Source of the DNA: a virus
DNA: 64,000 bases
Virus record (IMG/VR): IMGVR_UViG_3300019776_000078
Coordinates: 3,384 to 67,383 of that record
Reading direction: 5' to 3' (one strand)
The stretch's first letter is position 1, and every line of letters begins with the position of its first letter. Shown here in pieces: positions 1 through 10,019 of this stretch. Below the pieces are notes generated by a model, which was given only the letters and a program-made list of their open reading frames with translations, did not search any database and was not told where the DNA came from. The translations under genes were made by a program, and so were the position numbers.

Positions 1-6
1 GGTGGA

Positions 7-318
7 ATGATGAAACACGACGATATCAAACAAGATAAAGCAATGATTAAGAAGGCGATTGCCATGCACGATAAGCAAGAACATCCTGGAAAACATACCA
101 ACTTATCTAAGCTGAAAAAGGGCGGTATGGCTCGCATGGAAGCTAAGGGTGAGCATGCAGTTCAGAAGCAGTCTAAGCGTGGCGCTGAAGTCGTTAAAAT
201 GGCTAAAGGCGGTCTAGCTGCTGGTCATAAGTCTGCAGATGGTTGCGCTATTCGTGGTAAAACCCGTGGTACCGAAGTTGCAATGTGCTACGGTGGCATG
301 GCTAAAGGGAAGAAATAA
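7..318 (+). CDS. small basic virion-region protein with repeated [MLY]xxGG motifs
   Basis: Lys-rich 103-aa ORF with LKKGG, MAKGG and MCYGG motifs; the SADGCAIRGKT motif is shared with the next ORF. Confidence 0.7.
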   Translation: MMKHDDIKQDKAMIKKAIAMHDKQEHPGKHTNLSKLKKGGMARMEAKGEHAVQKQSKRGAEVVKMAKGGLAAGHKSADGCAIRGKTRGTEVAMCYGGMAKGKK

Positions 319-320
319 TC

Positions 321-569
321 ATGCCATTCACAGAAACTGGCGCTGAAAAAGAGAAGCGCGAAGCCTATTACAAGGCTAATAAAGAGCGTGGCATCCGTGC
401 TGAAAAGAAACGGGAATATGAAATGTTTGGTACAACCGAGCAGAACATTCCTGCCGTTGACACAATGGGTAATGTTACTGGTATGAAAAAAGGTGGCAAG
501 GTAGGCAGTGCTTCTAAACGTGCTGATGGCTGTGCAATTCGTGGTAAAACTAAAGGCACAATGGTATGA
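321..569 (+). CDS. small basic protein (ADGCAIRGKT family)
   Basis: C-terminus MKKGGKV...ADGCAIRGKTKG is paralogous to 7..318; tightly packed operon. Confidence 0.7.
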   Translation: MPFTETGAEKEKREAYYKANKERGIRAEKKREYEMFGTTEQNIPAVDTMGNVTGMKKGGKVGSASKRADGCAIRGKTKGTMV

Positions 570-823
570 GATATTCACGCGGCATGGGCGACATTAATCC
601 ATCTAAGATGCCTTCTGGCAAGATTAAAGCTCGCCGTGATGATACCGACTTTACACAGTACGCTAAAGGCGGTGAAGTATGGGACAAAAAGCGTCCTAAA
701 GGTTTAGGTAAACCGAAGAAGTTAAGCCCAGCTAAGAAAGCCGCTGCTAAAGCAATGGCTAAAGCTGCTGGTCGTCCATACCCAAATCTCGTGGATAACA
801 TGAGAGCTGCAAGGAAAAAATAA
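566..823 (+). CDS. small basic protein
   Basis: ATGA overlap with upstream stop; YAKGG motif; K/A-rich. Confidence 0.7.
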   Translation: MRYSRGMGDINPSKMPSGKIKARRDDTDFTQYAKGGEVWDKKRPKGLGKPKKLSPAKKAAAKAMAKAAGRPYPNLVDNMRAARKK

Positions 824-1002
824 TGGCTACTAAGAACTGGATTGCTGGTGCAATTAAGAAGCCTGGTGCATTACGTGCATCATTAGGCGTTAAAGCTGGT
901 CAAAAGATCCCAGCCAAGAAGCTAGAGGCTGCTGCAAAGAAACCCGGAAAGATGGGTCAACGCGCCCGTCTAGCAAAGACTTTATCCAAATTAGGTAAAT
1001 AA
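823..1002 (+). CDS. small basic protein, 59 aa (absent from ORF track)
   Basis: Manually translated MATKNWIAGAIKKPGALRASLGVKAGQKIPAKKLEAAAKKPGKMGQRARLAKTLSKLGK; TAATG overlaps at both ends. Confidence 0.75.
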   Translation: MATKNWIAGAIKKPGALRASLGVKAGQKIPAKKLEAAAKKPGKMGQRARLAKTLSKLGK

Positions 1003-1943
1003 TGGTCGCAACAACTGGAACAACCTCGTTTAACCTTGACGTAAATGACCTTATAGAAGAGGCATTTGAGCGCTGCGGTAAAGAGCTGCGTTCTGGTTAT
1101 GACTTCCGTACAGCCCGTAGATCGCTCAATTTATTGACGATTGAATGGGCTAATCGTGGAATCAATTTGTGGACTGTAGAACAGGGCGCTATACCGATGG
1201 TGACTGGTCAGGCTATGTACCCCCTACCAGTAGACACAATCGACCTTATGGACATGGTTATACGCCAAAATAACGCTACTTTAAATCAGATTGATATCAA
1301 CATCAGCCGTATTGCTGAACCGACCTATATGAGCCTACCAAATAAGCTCGCTCAAGGCCGTCCAATTCAGGTTTACATCAACCGTCAATCTGGTCAAGAG
1401 AATCTGACTGACAAAACTTTATCAGGAGGGATAAGTGCTACTGATACTACTATTACCCTGTCTTCCGTTAATGGCCTTGCTTCCGCTGGATTTATCAAAA
1501 TTGATAATGAAACAATTAGTTACCCTAATATCAATACAGCAACCAATCAACTTCTAAACTGCGCTCGTGGTCAAAACAATACTACGGCTGCTAGCCACTC
1601 CAATGCAGCAGCAATAACCGTTCAAAATCTACCATGCATCAATGTATGGCCCACCCCTAATGCACCTGGTAACCAGTACACATTTGTTTACTACCGTTTA
1701 CGCCGTATTCAAGACGCTGGATCTGGAGTCTATGTACAAGACATCCCATTCCGCTTTATTCCTTGCATGGTTGCAGGATTGGCATACCAGCTATCTACTA
1801 AATTGGCGGACGTTCCACCAGATAGAATTATGATGTTAAAGGCGGAATACGAGGCGCAATTTCAACTTGCGGCTGATGAAGATAGAGACAAAGCTCCAAT
1901 TCGGTTCGTGCCGCGCAATATGTTTTACGCTGGTAATTCATAA
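1002..1943 (+). CDS. putative head-tail connector/adaptor protein with an inserted beta-rich domain
   Basis: Position after the head genes; helical N/C termini (IEEAFERCG..., CMVAGLAYQL) typical of podophage adaptor proteins. Confidence 0.55.
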   Translation: MVATTGTTSFNLDVNDLIEEAFERCGKELRSGYDFRTARRSLNLLTIEWANRGINLWTVEQGAIPMVTGQAMYPLPVDTIDLMDMVIRQNNATLNQIDINISRIAEPTYMSLPNKLAQGRPIQVYINRQSGQENLTDKTLSGGISATDTTITLSSVNGLASAGFIKIDNETISYPNINTATNQLLNCARGQNNTTAASHSNAAAITVQNLPCINVWPTPNAPGNQYTFVYYRLRRIQDAGSGVYVQDIPFRFIPCMVAGLAYQLSTKLADVPPDRIMMLKAEYEAQFQLAADEDRDKAPIRFVPRNMFYAGNS

Positions 1944-1944
1944 A

Positions 1945-2526
1945 ATGGGTATTATTTCCCTAAAAGACGCTATTAATTTAGGATTAAAGTCCTATTTTAC
2001 TGGCATTCCATGTGTTCATGGACATGTTTTTGCAAGGCTTGTCAGTAATAGATCTTGCTTAGATTGCAGTAAAACTAGAAGAAAAGAGTGGGAAGAAAAA
2101 AATAAAGATTCCGTTCTAAAAAAAGCAGCGCAAAATTCTAGAAATAATCGTAAAAACAACAAAATTGCTGTTAACGCTAGTAGAAGGTTATGGGCTTCTA
2201 AGAACAGAGAAAAAGATAATGCATATTACGCAAAATGGCGAGCCAATAATAAGGGTCATGTAAACGCATTAAATAGAAAATATCAAGCGTCTAAACTGCA
2301 AAGAACCCCAAAATGGCTTACTGAAATTGATTTTGAGCGCATTACCAACGAATACAAATTGGCTGAAATACTGAGAAAAGTGACCAATCAGAACTGGCAT
2401 GTAGACCATATCATTCCGCTACAGGGTAAAACTGTATCTGGACTGCATGTTCCGTCAAACCTTCGTGTGGTTATTGCCGCTGAGAATGTCAAAAAAGGCA
2501 ACAGGTTTGAGGTAAATCATGCCTAA
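1945..2526 (+). CDS. HNH homing endonuclease
   Basis: WHVDHIIPLQGKTVSGLHVPSNL...N motif; N-terminal YFTGIPCVHGH...CLDC; probable ATG start at 1945. Confidence 0.85.
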   Translation: MGIISLKDAINLGLKSYFTGIPCVHGHVFARLVSNRSCLDCSKTRRKEWEEKNKDSVLKKAAQNSRNNRKNNKIAVNASRRLWASKNREKDNAYYAKWRANNKGHVNALNRKYQASKLQRTPKWLTEIDFERITNEYKLAEILRKVTNQNWHVDHIIPLQGKTVSGLHVPSNLRVVIAAENVKKGNRFEVNHA

Positions 2527-2944
2527 TCAGTTTGCATCCGGCAAGTATGCGATTGCCCAATGCGATAGGTGCGATCAGCGTTACATGCTCAAAGATCTAC
2601 GGATTCAGGTTGTAAAGACCAAGCCGTATAAGATCAAGGTATGTAAGACTTGCTGGGATCCCGATCACCCACAATTGCAATTAGGTATGTTCCCAGTGGA
2701 TGACCCACAGGCTGTGCGTGAACCTAGACCAGATGTAAGCTATTGGGCTTCTGGAACCAATGGTCTACAGATTAATGTATCTGGATTAGGTCCAGATGGA
2801 TTAGGTAATCCAGAAGGTGGTAGTAGAGTCTTTCAATGGGGCTTTAACCCAGTCGGAGGATCACGTCTGTTTGATAGCGAACTTACCTCAAATGACTTAA
2901 TAGGTATTACCCAAGTGGGAACTGTAACGGTAGCAGCAACATGA
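2519..2944 (+). CDS. conserved phage protein with Zn-ribbon (CxxC...CxxC)
   Basis: CDRC and CKTC motifs; located in the virion operon. Confidence 0.6.
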   Translation: MPNQFASGKYAIAQCDRCDQRYMLKDLRIQVVKTKPYKIKVCKTCWDPDHPQLQLGMFPVDDPQAVREPRPDVSYWASGTNGLQINVSGLGPDGLGNPEGGSRVFQWGFNPVGGSRLFDSELTSNDLIGITQVGTVTVAAT

Positions 2945-3450
2945 AAACATGCACAAAATGTCTATCTGAAAAGCCCATTTCTGAGTTTTATAAGCAGAAA
3001 GTGAATAGCAAAGACGGCTATCAAAGCCATTGCAAGGTTTGTGATAATGCTAGAAAAGCCGCATGGAAAAGAAAAAACCCAGAATTAGCGAAAAAGTATA
3101 TGCAAACCTCTGATAAAAACAGATGGGCTAAATATCCCGAAAAGCTTGCCACTTCTAGAAAAGATTATAAGCTTCGTAACCCAGCAAAAATTGCAGCAAT
3201 TGACGCCAAAAGACGGGCTTCAGTTTTGCGTAGAACCCCAAAATGGCTTTCAAAATCAGAGCTTTTGCGTATAGAATGTCTGTATTCTTTAGCTTCTATG
3301 TTGAACAGGCATGGTGTAGAATCGTGGCATGTTGACCATATTATTCCGCTACAAGGCAAGAATGTATCTGGGCTGCATGTTTACAGCAATTTGCGAGTTG
3401 TGCCAAGCTCGGTAAATTTGGCTAAAGGCAACAGATACGAATTAACTTAG
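2941..3450 (+). CDS. HNH homing endonuclease
   Basis: KTCTKC...CKVC N-terminus; WHVDHIIPLQGKNVSGLHVYSNL motif. Confidence 0.85.
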   Translation: MKTCTKCLSEKPISEFYKQKVNSKDGYQSHCKVCDNARKAAWKRKNPELAKKYMQTSDKNRWAKYPEKLATSRKDYKLRNPAKIAAIDAKRRASVLRRTPKWLSKSELLRIECLYSLASMLNRHGVESWHVDHIIPLQGKNVSGLHVYSNLRVVPSSVNLAKGNRYELT

Positions 3451-3459
3451 GAGTAAAAT

Positions 3460-3645
3460 ATGACATTTCGCAAAGCAGCAGACGGCGTTACCAAGACTGG
3501 TAAAACTAAGGGTAAAAACCTAGGTGACACTGGTCCAACCGTAGCCATTCAAACTGGCAAAGGCAAAAAGGGCGCAAGCACTGTTACATCCGCAGCGATG
3601 AAAGCTATGGGTCGTAACTTAGCTCGTGCTAAAAATCAGGGGTAA
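3460..3645 (+). CDS. small basic hypothetical protein
   Basis: AGGAG RBS; K/G-rich 61 aa. Confidence 0.6.
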   Translation: MTFRKAADGVTKTGKTKGKNLGDTGPTVAIQTGKGKKGASTVTSAAMKAMGRNLARAKNQG

Positions 3646-3647
3646 TC

Positions 3648-3980
3648 ATGGCTAAAAATGATTTTGTAAAACCAACCCCAGCAGACAAGTTTCCTTTAGG
3701 TCACGCTAAAGAAAACAAAGCAGCTAGTGCATATACTGGCTTCAAATATCCTGCTGGCGGCGGTGATGATATTGGCGTTTACAAGCAGCCAATGCCTAAT
3801 CCAAACGGTGATGAGCATGAGGCTATTGTTAAGCCAGGTAAATGGGATAACGAAATTAATCCATCTTTAGGCGCTGGCAGCAAAGGTAACTACAAAGGCA
3901 CTAACCCACATGGCGTTGGTGAAATGCGTGGTTATGGTGCTGCAATCAAAGGCCGTAAGATTAGTGGAAAAATGGGTTAA
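3648..3980 (+). CDS. hypothetical virion-region protein
   Basis: Operon packing; C-terminal MRGYGAAIKG motif. Confidence 0.55.
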   Translation: MAKNDFVKPTPADKFPLGHAKENKAASAYTGFKYPAGGGDDIGVYKQPMPNPNGDEHEAIVKPGKWDNEINPSLGAGSKGNYKGTNPHGVGEMRGYGAAIKGRKISGKMG

Positions 3981-4672
3981 TGAATTACCAAGAACTTTTT
4001 TCGCAGATTCAAGCCTATACGGAAAACCAATTTCCGGACTTTTATCTTGCTAATAACAGTACGATCAATGTAACTACACAGATCAATACTTTTATTCAGC
4101 AAGCGGAGGAGCGCATCTACAATACGGTGCAGATTCCTTCTCTGCGGAAAAACGTTACTGGCGTATGTACTAACGGCAATCCTTATTTATCTTGCCCTGA
4201 TAACTATTTATCTACTTATTCTATGGCGGTCATCAACACCGACGGCACTTATGAATACTTGTTAAATAAGGATGTTAACTTCATTCGTCAGTCTTATCCA
4301 AGCCCAACCGCTACTGGATTACCTAAATACTATGCATTATTTGGATCTCAGTACACCAACTTAAATGAGCTGTCTTTTATCCTAGGACCAACTCCTAATG
4401 ATAATTACACAGTAGAACTGCATTACTTCTATTACCCCGAGTCAATCGTTACTGCTGGCACATCATGGCTTGGTGATAATTACAGTCCTGTTCTGCTTTA
4501 TGGTTCTCTAGTTGAGGCGTACCAGTATATGAAAGGTGAAGCCGACATTATGGCTGGTTATGTTGCCAAATACAACGAAGCACTTGGTCAACTTAAACGC
4601 CTTGGCGATGGTCTGGAGCGTGGCGATGCCTACCGAGATGGTCAGACTAAACTTAGATACGACGCCCTATAA
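3980..4672 (+). CDS. putative tail tubular protein A-like / head-tail adaptor
   Basis: FIQQAEERI, PKYYA, LGPTPN, LLYGSLVEA pattern typical of podophage adaptor/nozzle proteins. Confidence 0.6.
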   Translation: MNYQELFSQIQAYTENQFPDFYLANNSTINVTTQINTFIQQAEERIYNTVQIPSLRKNVTGVCTNGNPYLSCPDNYLSTYSMAVINTDGTYEYLLNKDVNFIRQSYPSPTATGLPKYYALFGSQYTNLNELSFILGPTPNDNYTVELHYFYYPESIVTAGTSWLGDNYSPVLLYGSLVEAYQYMKGEADIMAGYVAKYNEALGQLKRLGDGLERGDAYRDGQTKLRYDAL

Positions 4673-5094
4673 TGCCTATTTATCAAGGACAGACCGATTC
4701 GTTCAAGGTGCAGCTCTTAAATGGGCAGCATAACTTTTCGGCCAATACTTTTAAAATTGCGTTATATAGCGGCGCAGCTAGTATCAGCAATTCCACTACA
4801 GCCTATACCACTACTGATGAAGTAACTGGTGCTGGATATACCGCTGGTGGCAATACCCTCACAGTAACTCAAACTCCTACTAATTATGGGAATGTGGCCT
4901 ATGTGTCATTTGCAAACACATCTTGGACTAATTCTACAGTTAGTGCGGCTGGAGCTTTGATTTATAATACTTCTTTCAATAATGCTTCTGTGGCAGTATT
5001 GAATTTTGGTAGTACGGTTACAACTCAGGATCAGACGTTTAACATTTATTTCCCAGCGGCACTTGCAAATACCGCTATAATTCGCATATCTTAG
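4672..5094 (+). CDS. virion structural/tail protein
   Basis: FKIALY...EVTGAGYTAGG...FAN.SW...GALIYN motif; beta-rich. Confidence 0.6.
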   Translation: MPIYQGQTDSFKVQLLNGQHNFSANTFKIALYSGAASISNSTTAYTTTDEVTGAGYTAGGNTLTVTQTPTNYGNVAYVSFANTSWTNSTVSAAGALIYNTSFNNASVAVLNFGSTVTTQDQTFNIYFPAALANTAIIRIS

Positions 5095-5102
5095 GAGCTT
5101 TT

Positions 5103-5696
5103 ATGAGTAATGAAATTGCAAAATTTGGCGACACCGTAGGTGCTACTGCTGAACTAGGCGGCGGCGCTATTGAGACCGTTGGCTTAGAAGGTGTATATAC
5201 TTTCCGTTGCTTTGATGAAAACGGCGTTGAGAAATGGGTAGACACTATTCAGAACTTGACTACTAACGTTGGTCGTCAAAGTTTATTGAACGCATACTTT
5301 GCTAATACTGGCGGCGGTGCTGTTGTAATGGGTCTAGGTGGTGCTAACGCTAGCAACACATTTACTCCAGCTTACACAGATACACAGTCTAGCCACGTTG
5401 GCTGGTATGAAGTTGGTGGATCAAATGCTCCTACCTATTCTGGTACACGTAAGACTCCATCGTTTAGCTCTGCTACTTCTGCTAACCCATCCGTGTTATC
5501 TACTTCTGCTGCTGTAGTATTTAGCATGACAAGTTCAGGAACTGTTTATGGTGCGTTTATCAATATTGGCGGTTCTTCTACTATTGATTCTACTACTGGT
5601 ACTTTATTTAGTATCGGCGCATTCACGGCGGGATCAAAGACGGTAACTTCCGGCGACACGATAAATGTGACTTACACACTCAGCGCCGCTGGTTAA
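5103..5696 (+). CDS. virion structural/tail protein
   Basis: NLTTNVG, KTVTSGDTINVTY; S/T/G-rich. Confidence 0.55.
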   Translation: MSNEIAKFGDTVGATAELGGGAIETVGLEGVYTFRCFDENGVEKWVDTIQNLTTNVGRQSLLNAYFANTGGGAVVMGLGGANASNTFTPAYTDTQSSHVGWYEVGGSNAPTYSGTRKTPSFSSATSANPSVLSTSAAVVFSMTSSGTVYGAFINIGGSSTIDSTTGTLFSIGAFTAGSKTVTSGDTINVTYTLSAAG

Positions 5697-5706
5697 GGAG
5701 CCGTAA

Positions 5707-7623
5707 ATGGCTCTGGTGCTTAAAGACCGTGTATTAGAGACGGCTAGTAGCCCCGGCACAGGTACAGTAGTTCTACTTGGTGCCACTACTGGCTATCAGA
5801 CCTTTGCTAACGGGGTTGGCAATGCGAACACGACCTTCTATACCATCGCTGATATTGGCGGTGCAAACTGGGAAGTTGGTCTTGGAACGTATTACTCTGC
5901 CAATAACTCGGTGGTGCGTAACACCGTCATCTCATCTAGCAATGGTGGCAATTTAGCTAACTTTAGCTCTGGTACACAATCAGTCTTTGTAACTTATCCT
6001 GCAGAACAGGCCGTCTATTTAAGCAACGGTAACGTATCAGCTTTAGGCAACATTACTTTAGGCACATGGAACGCTAATACGATTGGCGTGGCTTACGGTG
6101 GTACTGGTGTCACAGCATCTAGTGGCGCAAATAGCGTTGTATTGCGCGATGCTAATCAGAATACCCAGCTTAATAACTTATTCCTAAACTTTGCTTCTAC
6201 CGTATCTGCTGGTGGAACAACCACTTTAACGGTTGCTTCTAGCTATTTCCAAAGACTTACTGGAACGTTAGCTCAGACATATCAATTACCAGACGCTACT
6301 ACATTAGTAAACGGTACAACTTTTATATTTGATAATGACTCTACTGGTAACTTAACCATTAACGATGGCACTGCTGCTTTTGTTGACTTAGTTCCTAGCG
6401 GTGGTTATGCAACCATTTTCTTAGAGTCTAATAGCACGTCTGCTGGTAACTGGGGTAAATATGCGCTGCTTCCATCTACAGTAGACTGGGGTACAAACAC
6501 CGCCAACTTTGGTGGCACGACTATTTCTAACGCTACATGGAATGGTTCAACAATTGCCACAGGATACGGTGGTACAGGACTTACTTCCTTTACTGCAAAC
6601 AGCGCTGTTTATGCTACCTCCACTAGCTCTTTAACCACAGGCACTCTTCCTGTTGTCGCTGGCGGTACTGGTATAGCGTCTTTAACAGCAGGCTACATTC
6701 CTTATGGTGCTGGTACTAGCGCATTAGCTTCTTCGTCTAACCTGACGTACGCAAACAATACGGTTACTGCACCGCTATTTAATGCAACAAATAACATCTC
6801 GGCAAACGTAGCCTACGGATCATTTAACAACGGCACATTGGGCTACTCCGACACAGGCATCTTTGGGTCTTTTGTAACCAGCCAAAACAGCTATGGCCAA
6901 TGGATTTTGCAGAACACCAATAGCGGAAATGCCGCTTCTGCCGACTATATCGTTAGCAACGACTTAGGAACCAAAGGTACTTACTACGGTGACTTTGGTA
7001 TTAACGGTTCTACATTTGCTGGTACAGGAAGCTTAAACTTACCTAATGCAGTATATGTGTACTCTGCAAACGGCGAGTTGGTACTAGGTACAACTACTAA
7101 TAACGGTGTTCGCATTGTTACCAATAGCAGCACAACCGACGCTATTACTATTAACTCAACCAATGCCGTAGCGTTTAACGGCTCTTATGGCGCTAATACC
7201 TATTTATTACAGTCTACTGGTAATGCTACTGCTCCTATTTGGCAGTCTCCAGCCAACATCTCTGCTGGTTCTGTTGTCAGCACATTGACATTTACCAGCG
7301 CAGGCAACGGTTCTGCATCGGGTGTAAGTTTTAACGGTAGCGCAGCACAGGTAATTTCAAGTAATACAATCCTGCCGACTCAGGCTGGAAACTCAGGGAA
7401 AGTACTTACTACCGACGGCGCTAATACTCTGTCATGGACTAGCGTTGCTAGCGGTGGCGGAGCAAATGCTACTGGTAATAGCTCCATCATTTTAAACAAT
7501 ACTAACATTACGTCAAATGCTACAATAGCTGCTGGACAGAATGGTTTCTCCGTTGGTCCAGTTACACAGGCTAACGGTGTGTCAATAACGGTCGCAAGCG
7601 GCCAGCGCTGGGTGGTAATTTAA
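5707..7623 (+). CDS. long tail fibre protein
   Basis: MALVLKDRVLET N-terminus; repeated GGTG fibre motifs; GKVLTTDG..LSW motif. Confidence 0.75.
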   Translation: MALVLKDRVLETASSPGTGTVVLLGATTGYQTFANGVGNANTTFYTIADIGGANWEVGLGTYYSANNSVVRNTVISSSNGGNLANFSSGTQSVFVTYPAEQAVYLSNGNVSALGNITLGTWNANTIGVAYGGTGVTASSGANSVVLRDANQNTQLNNLFLNFASTVSAGGTTTLTVASSYFQRLTGTLAQTYQLPDATTLVNGTTFIFDNDSTGNLTINDGTAAFVDLVPSGGYATIFLESNSTSAGNWGKYALLPSTVDWGTNTANFGGTTISNATWNGSTIATGYGGTGLTSFTANSAVYATSTSSLTTGTLPVVAGGTGIASLTAGYIPYGAGTSALASSSNLTYANNTVTAPLFNATNNISANVAYGSFNNGTLGYSDTGIFGSFVTSQNSYGQWILQNTNSGNAASADYIVSNDLGTKGTYYGDFGINGSTFAGTGSLNLPNAVYVYSANGELVLGTTTNNGVRIVTNSSTTDAITINSTNAVAFNGSYGANTYLLQSTGNATAPIWQSPANISAGSVVSTLTFTSAGNGSASGVSFNGSAAQVISSNTILPTQAGNSGKVLTTDGANTLSWTSVASGGGANATGNSSIILNNTNITSNATIAAGQNGFSVGPVTQANGVSITVASGQRWVVI

Positions 7624-7624
7624 T

Positions 7625-8209
7625 ATGAGCGTAATACAAGCTGGAAATACAACTACTACATCGCTTATTTATACGGGCGATACAACTGGGAATCTAGTCT
7701 TTACGACTGGAGGAGCAAACACAGTTGCTCTAACAATTGATAGCACTCAAAACATTACCACTACAAATAAGTTTGCAGCAGCGTCCATGCCATCTGGGTC
7801 AATATTGCAAGTGGTTGGAACATCATCCACAACCAATAACAATACAACCAGCACATCATATGTTGCTTCTAGTCTATCCCAATCAATTACACCAAAATTT
7901 TCAAATAGTAAAATTTTAATTTTAATAAATTGTCAAGGAATGGTAAGCGGATCCGCAGTTCAATTGTTTTATACAATTTATAGAAACTCCACTGATTTAG
8001 GAAATACTACAGGATCAGTAGGAATGGGTACTATGTATACTGCTAGTGGTGGTTTGACCCAAATGCCAGTTATGGTTTCTTATTTGGATAGCCCAGCAAC
8101 TACATCTGCAATAACTTATGCTTTATATTATCGAGTAAATACTGGGACAGGAACTATTGCAAATAATAATTGTACTGGCTCTATAACATTAATGGAGATT
8201 GCTGGTTAA
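7625..8209 (+). CDS. short tail fibre / receptor-binding protein
   Basis: GSILQVV...ITPKFSNSKI...YLDSPATTSA...ITLMEIAG; paralog of 10019..10582. Confidence 0.65.
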   Translation: MSVIQAGNTTTTSLIYTGDTTGNLVFTTGGANTVALTIDSTQNITTTNKFAAASMPSGSILQVVGTSSTTNNNTTSTSYVASSLSQSITPKFSNSKILILINCQGMVSGSAVQLFYTIYRNSTDLGNTTGSVGMGTMYTASGGLTQMPVMVSYLDSPATTSAITYALYYRVNTGTGTIANNNCTGSITLMEIAG

Positions 8210-8234
8210 TTACAGCTTAACAACGGAGTAAAAA

Positions 8235-8573
8235 ATGCCTTATTTTGCAAAATGCGAAAAAACAAGTAACTCATCAGCAATGGTGGTTACGCAAGTAATT
8301 TCAGCAGACCAAGCGTTTGTTGATACACAGCCCGGATTTTGGGTTCAGACTTCATACAACACTTATGGAAACGTGCATTACGCACCATCTCCTCCCGCAG
8401 AGCCACATACACCAGACGGCGGTGTAGCTTTGCGCGGTAACTACGCTGGTATTGGGTATACATACGATGTTCCAAACGATGTATTCTATGCTCCAATGCC
8501 AACAAGTCCCGGCGATTGGGTTCTAGATACCTCTACATGGTTGTGGGTAGATCAGACTCCACCGACTGCTTAA
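8235..8573 (+). CDS. tail-fibre-associated (chaperone-like) protein
   Basis: WVQTSYNT...RGNYAGIGYTYD..D.F motif; located among fibre genes. Confidence 0.5.
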   Translation: MPYFAKCEKTSNSSAMVVTQVISADQAFVDTQPGFWVQTSYNTYGNVHYAPSPPAEPHTPDGGVALRGNYAGIGYTYDVPNDVFYAPMPTSPGDWVLDTSTWLWVDQTPPTA

Positions 8574-8581
8574 GGTAAATC

Positions 8582-9217
8582 ATGGCGCTGATACTTGACG
8601 AACTAAAAACTTGCAATAAATGCAAGATTGCCAAGCCGTTTACTGATTTTGGTAAACAGCTCAATGGCAAGTTCGGCTTGCGTGGGCGCTGTAAAGTATG
8701 CATTACCAGACCATCAAAAGAAAAGGCTAATGCTATCGCCAAGAAGTGGCGTGACAACAATCGTGAATTATTGAGAGAAAGATCTAGAGAACGCTATCAC
8801 GCTGATCCAGAGAAGGCAAACCGTTTTACGATGGAATCTCGGCGTAGACATTACGATACATATATCGAGTATTCACGTTCTTATGAGTCAAAAAACAAAG
8901 AGCAGCGTCTGTTAAAATCACGGTTGTATGCAAAGAACAATCCACATAAGTATGCTGAAATGGCGATGCAAAGAAGGATTGGTCAAAAAACACGAACTCC
9001 ATTGTGGGCAAATAAAGAAGCCATCAAAAACATCTATTTAGAACGTGATAGATTGAATGAAGAGGCTGGTTACATTAAGTATCATGTAGACCACATTATT
9101 CCGTTGCTTGCAAAAGAAGCGTCAGGACTACATGTTGAAGGTAATTTACAGATTGTTTTAGCGTCCTATAATGTATCTAAAAGAAACAAGATTATGGAAG
9201 ACACATCATGGCTTTAA
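8582..9217 (+). CDS. HNH homing endonuclease
   Basis: KTCNKC...CKVC; YHVDHIIPLLAKEASGLHVEGNL. Confidence 0.85.
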   Translation: MALILDELKTCNKCKIAKPFTDFGKQLNGKFGLRGRCKVCITRPSKEKANAIAKKWRDNNRELLRERSRERYHADPEKANRFTMESRRRHYDTYIEYSRSYESKNKEQRLLKSRLYAKNNPHKYAEMAMQRRIGQKTRTPLWANKEAIKNIYLERDRLNEEAGYIKYHVDHIIPLLAKEASGLHVEGNLQIVLASYNVSKRNKIMEDTSWL

Positions 9218-9516
9218 TTTTGGACGGGACGAATGGTATTACTTATCCAAGCTGGACGACCGCAACTCGTCCGGCTACTCCGTCTACTGGAGAAACTGGG
9301 TTTAATAGCACGATCAACTGTTTGGAAACATACAGTAATGGAGCTTGGTCTTCTGCAAGTTTTGTAGCCAGCGGCGCTATTGCTCAAAATAGCCAAACAG
9401 TTTTATCAAGCTACACAATGCCTGCCAACTATAGCGGTGCCAGCGCTGGTCCAATTTCATTAGCAAACGGCGTAACAGTTACGCTATCTAATACATCTCG
9501 CTGGGTGATTTCGTAA
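9208..9516 (+). CDS. short tail-fibre adaptor protein
   Basis: WTTATRP...GETGFNST motif; C-terminal GPI..ANGVTVT....RWV shared with the end of 5707..7623. Confidence 0.55.
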   Translation: MALILDGTNGITYPSWTTATRPATPSTGETGFNSTINCLETYSNGAWSSASFVASGAIAQNSQTVLSSYTMPANYSGASAGPISLANGVTVTLSNTSRWVIS

Positions 9517-10019
9517 TGGCAACAATTATTAATGCATCCAACACTACAGGCTTAACGCTTACCAGCGATTTAAGTGGTGTACTGCAACTTCAGCAAAATG
9601 GCGTTGCTATGGCGCCCGTTAGCGTTGCTCCCGCATTTGGTGCGTATGCAAATACATCAACCACTGTTACTTCTGGTGGTTATACAAAAATAAATTATAA
9701 CTATGAAGATTTTGACACAAACAGTAACTATTCTTCCAGCAGATTTACACCAACCGTTGCAGGATATTATCAAATTAGTGCTGGTATAGGTATTAATACT
9801 ACTCCAACATCAATATATTGCATTATCTACAAAAATGGTACCGCTTGGATTGGAAACTATACAAGTGCAACCACTCTTGCTGTTACCATATCTGCTTTAG
9901 TTTATTTAAATGGGTCTACAGATTATGTAGAAATATATGGATCAGTTGGATCCACACAGGGAACATACAACGATAGAACCCAAACATTTTTTACTGGTGG
10001 TTTAGTGAGGGCCGCATAA
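9516..10019 (+). CDS. C1q-like domain receptor-binding protein
   Basis: PAFGAY...FDTNSNY...RFTPTVAGYYQI...YLNGSTDYVEIY...FFTG C1q/TNF-like pattern. Confidence 0.65.
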   Translation: MATIINASNTTGLTLTSDLSGVLQLQQNGVAMAPVSVAPAFGAYANTSTTVTSGGYTKINYNYEDFDTNSNYSSSRFTPTVAGYYQISAGIGINTTPTSIYCIIYKNGTAWIGNYTSATTLAVTISALVYLNGSTDYVEIYGSVGSTQGTYNDRTQTFFTGGLVRAA

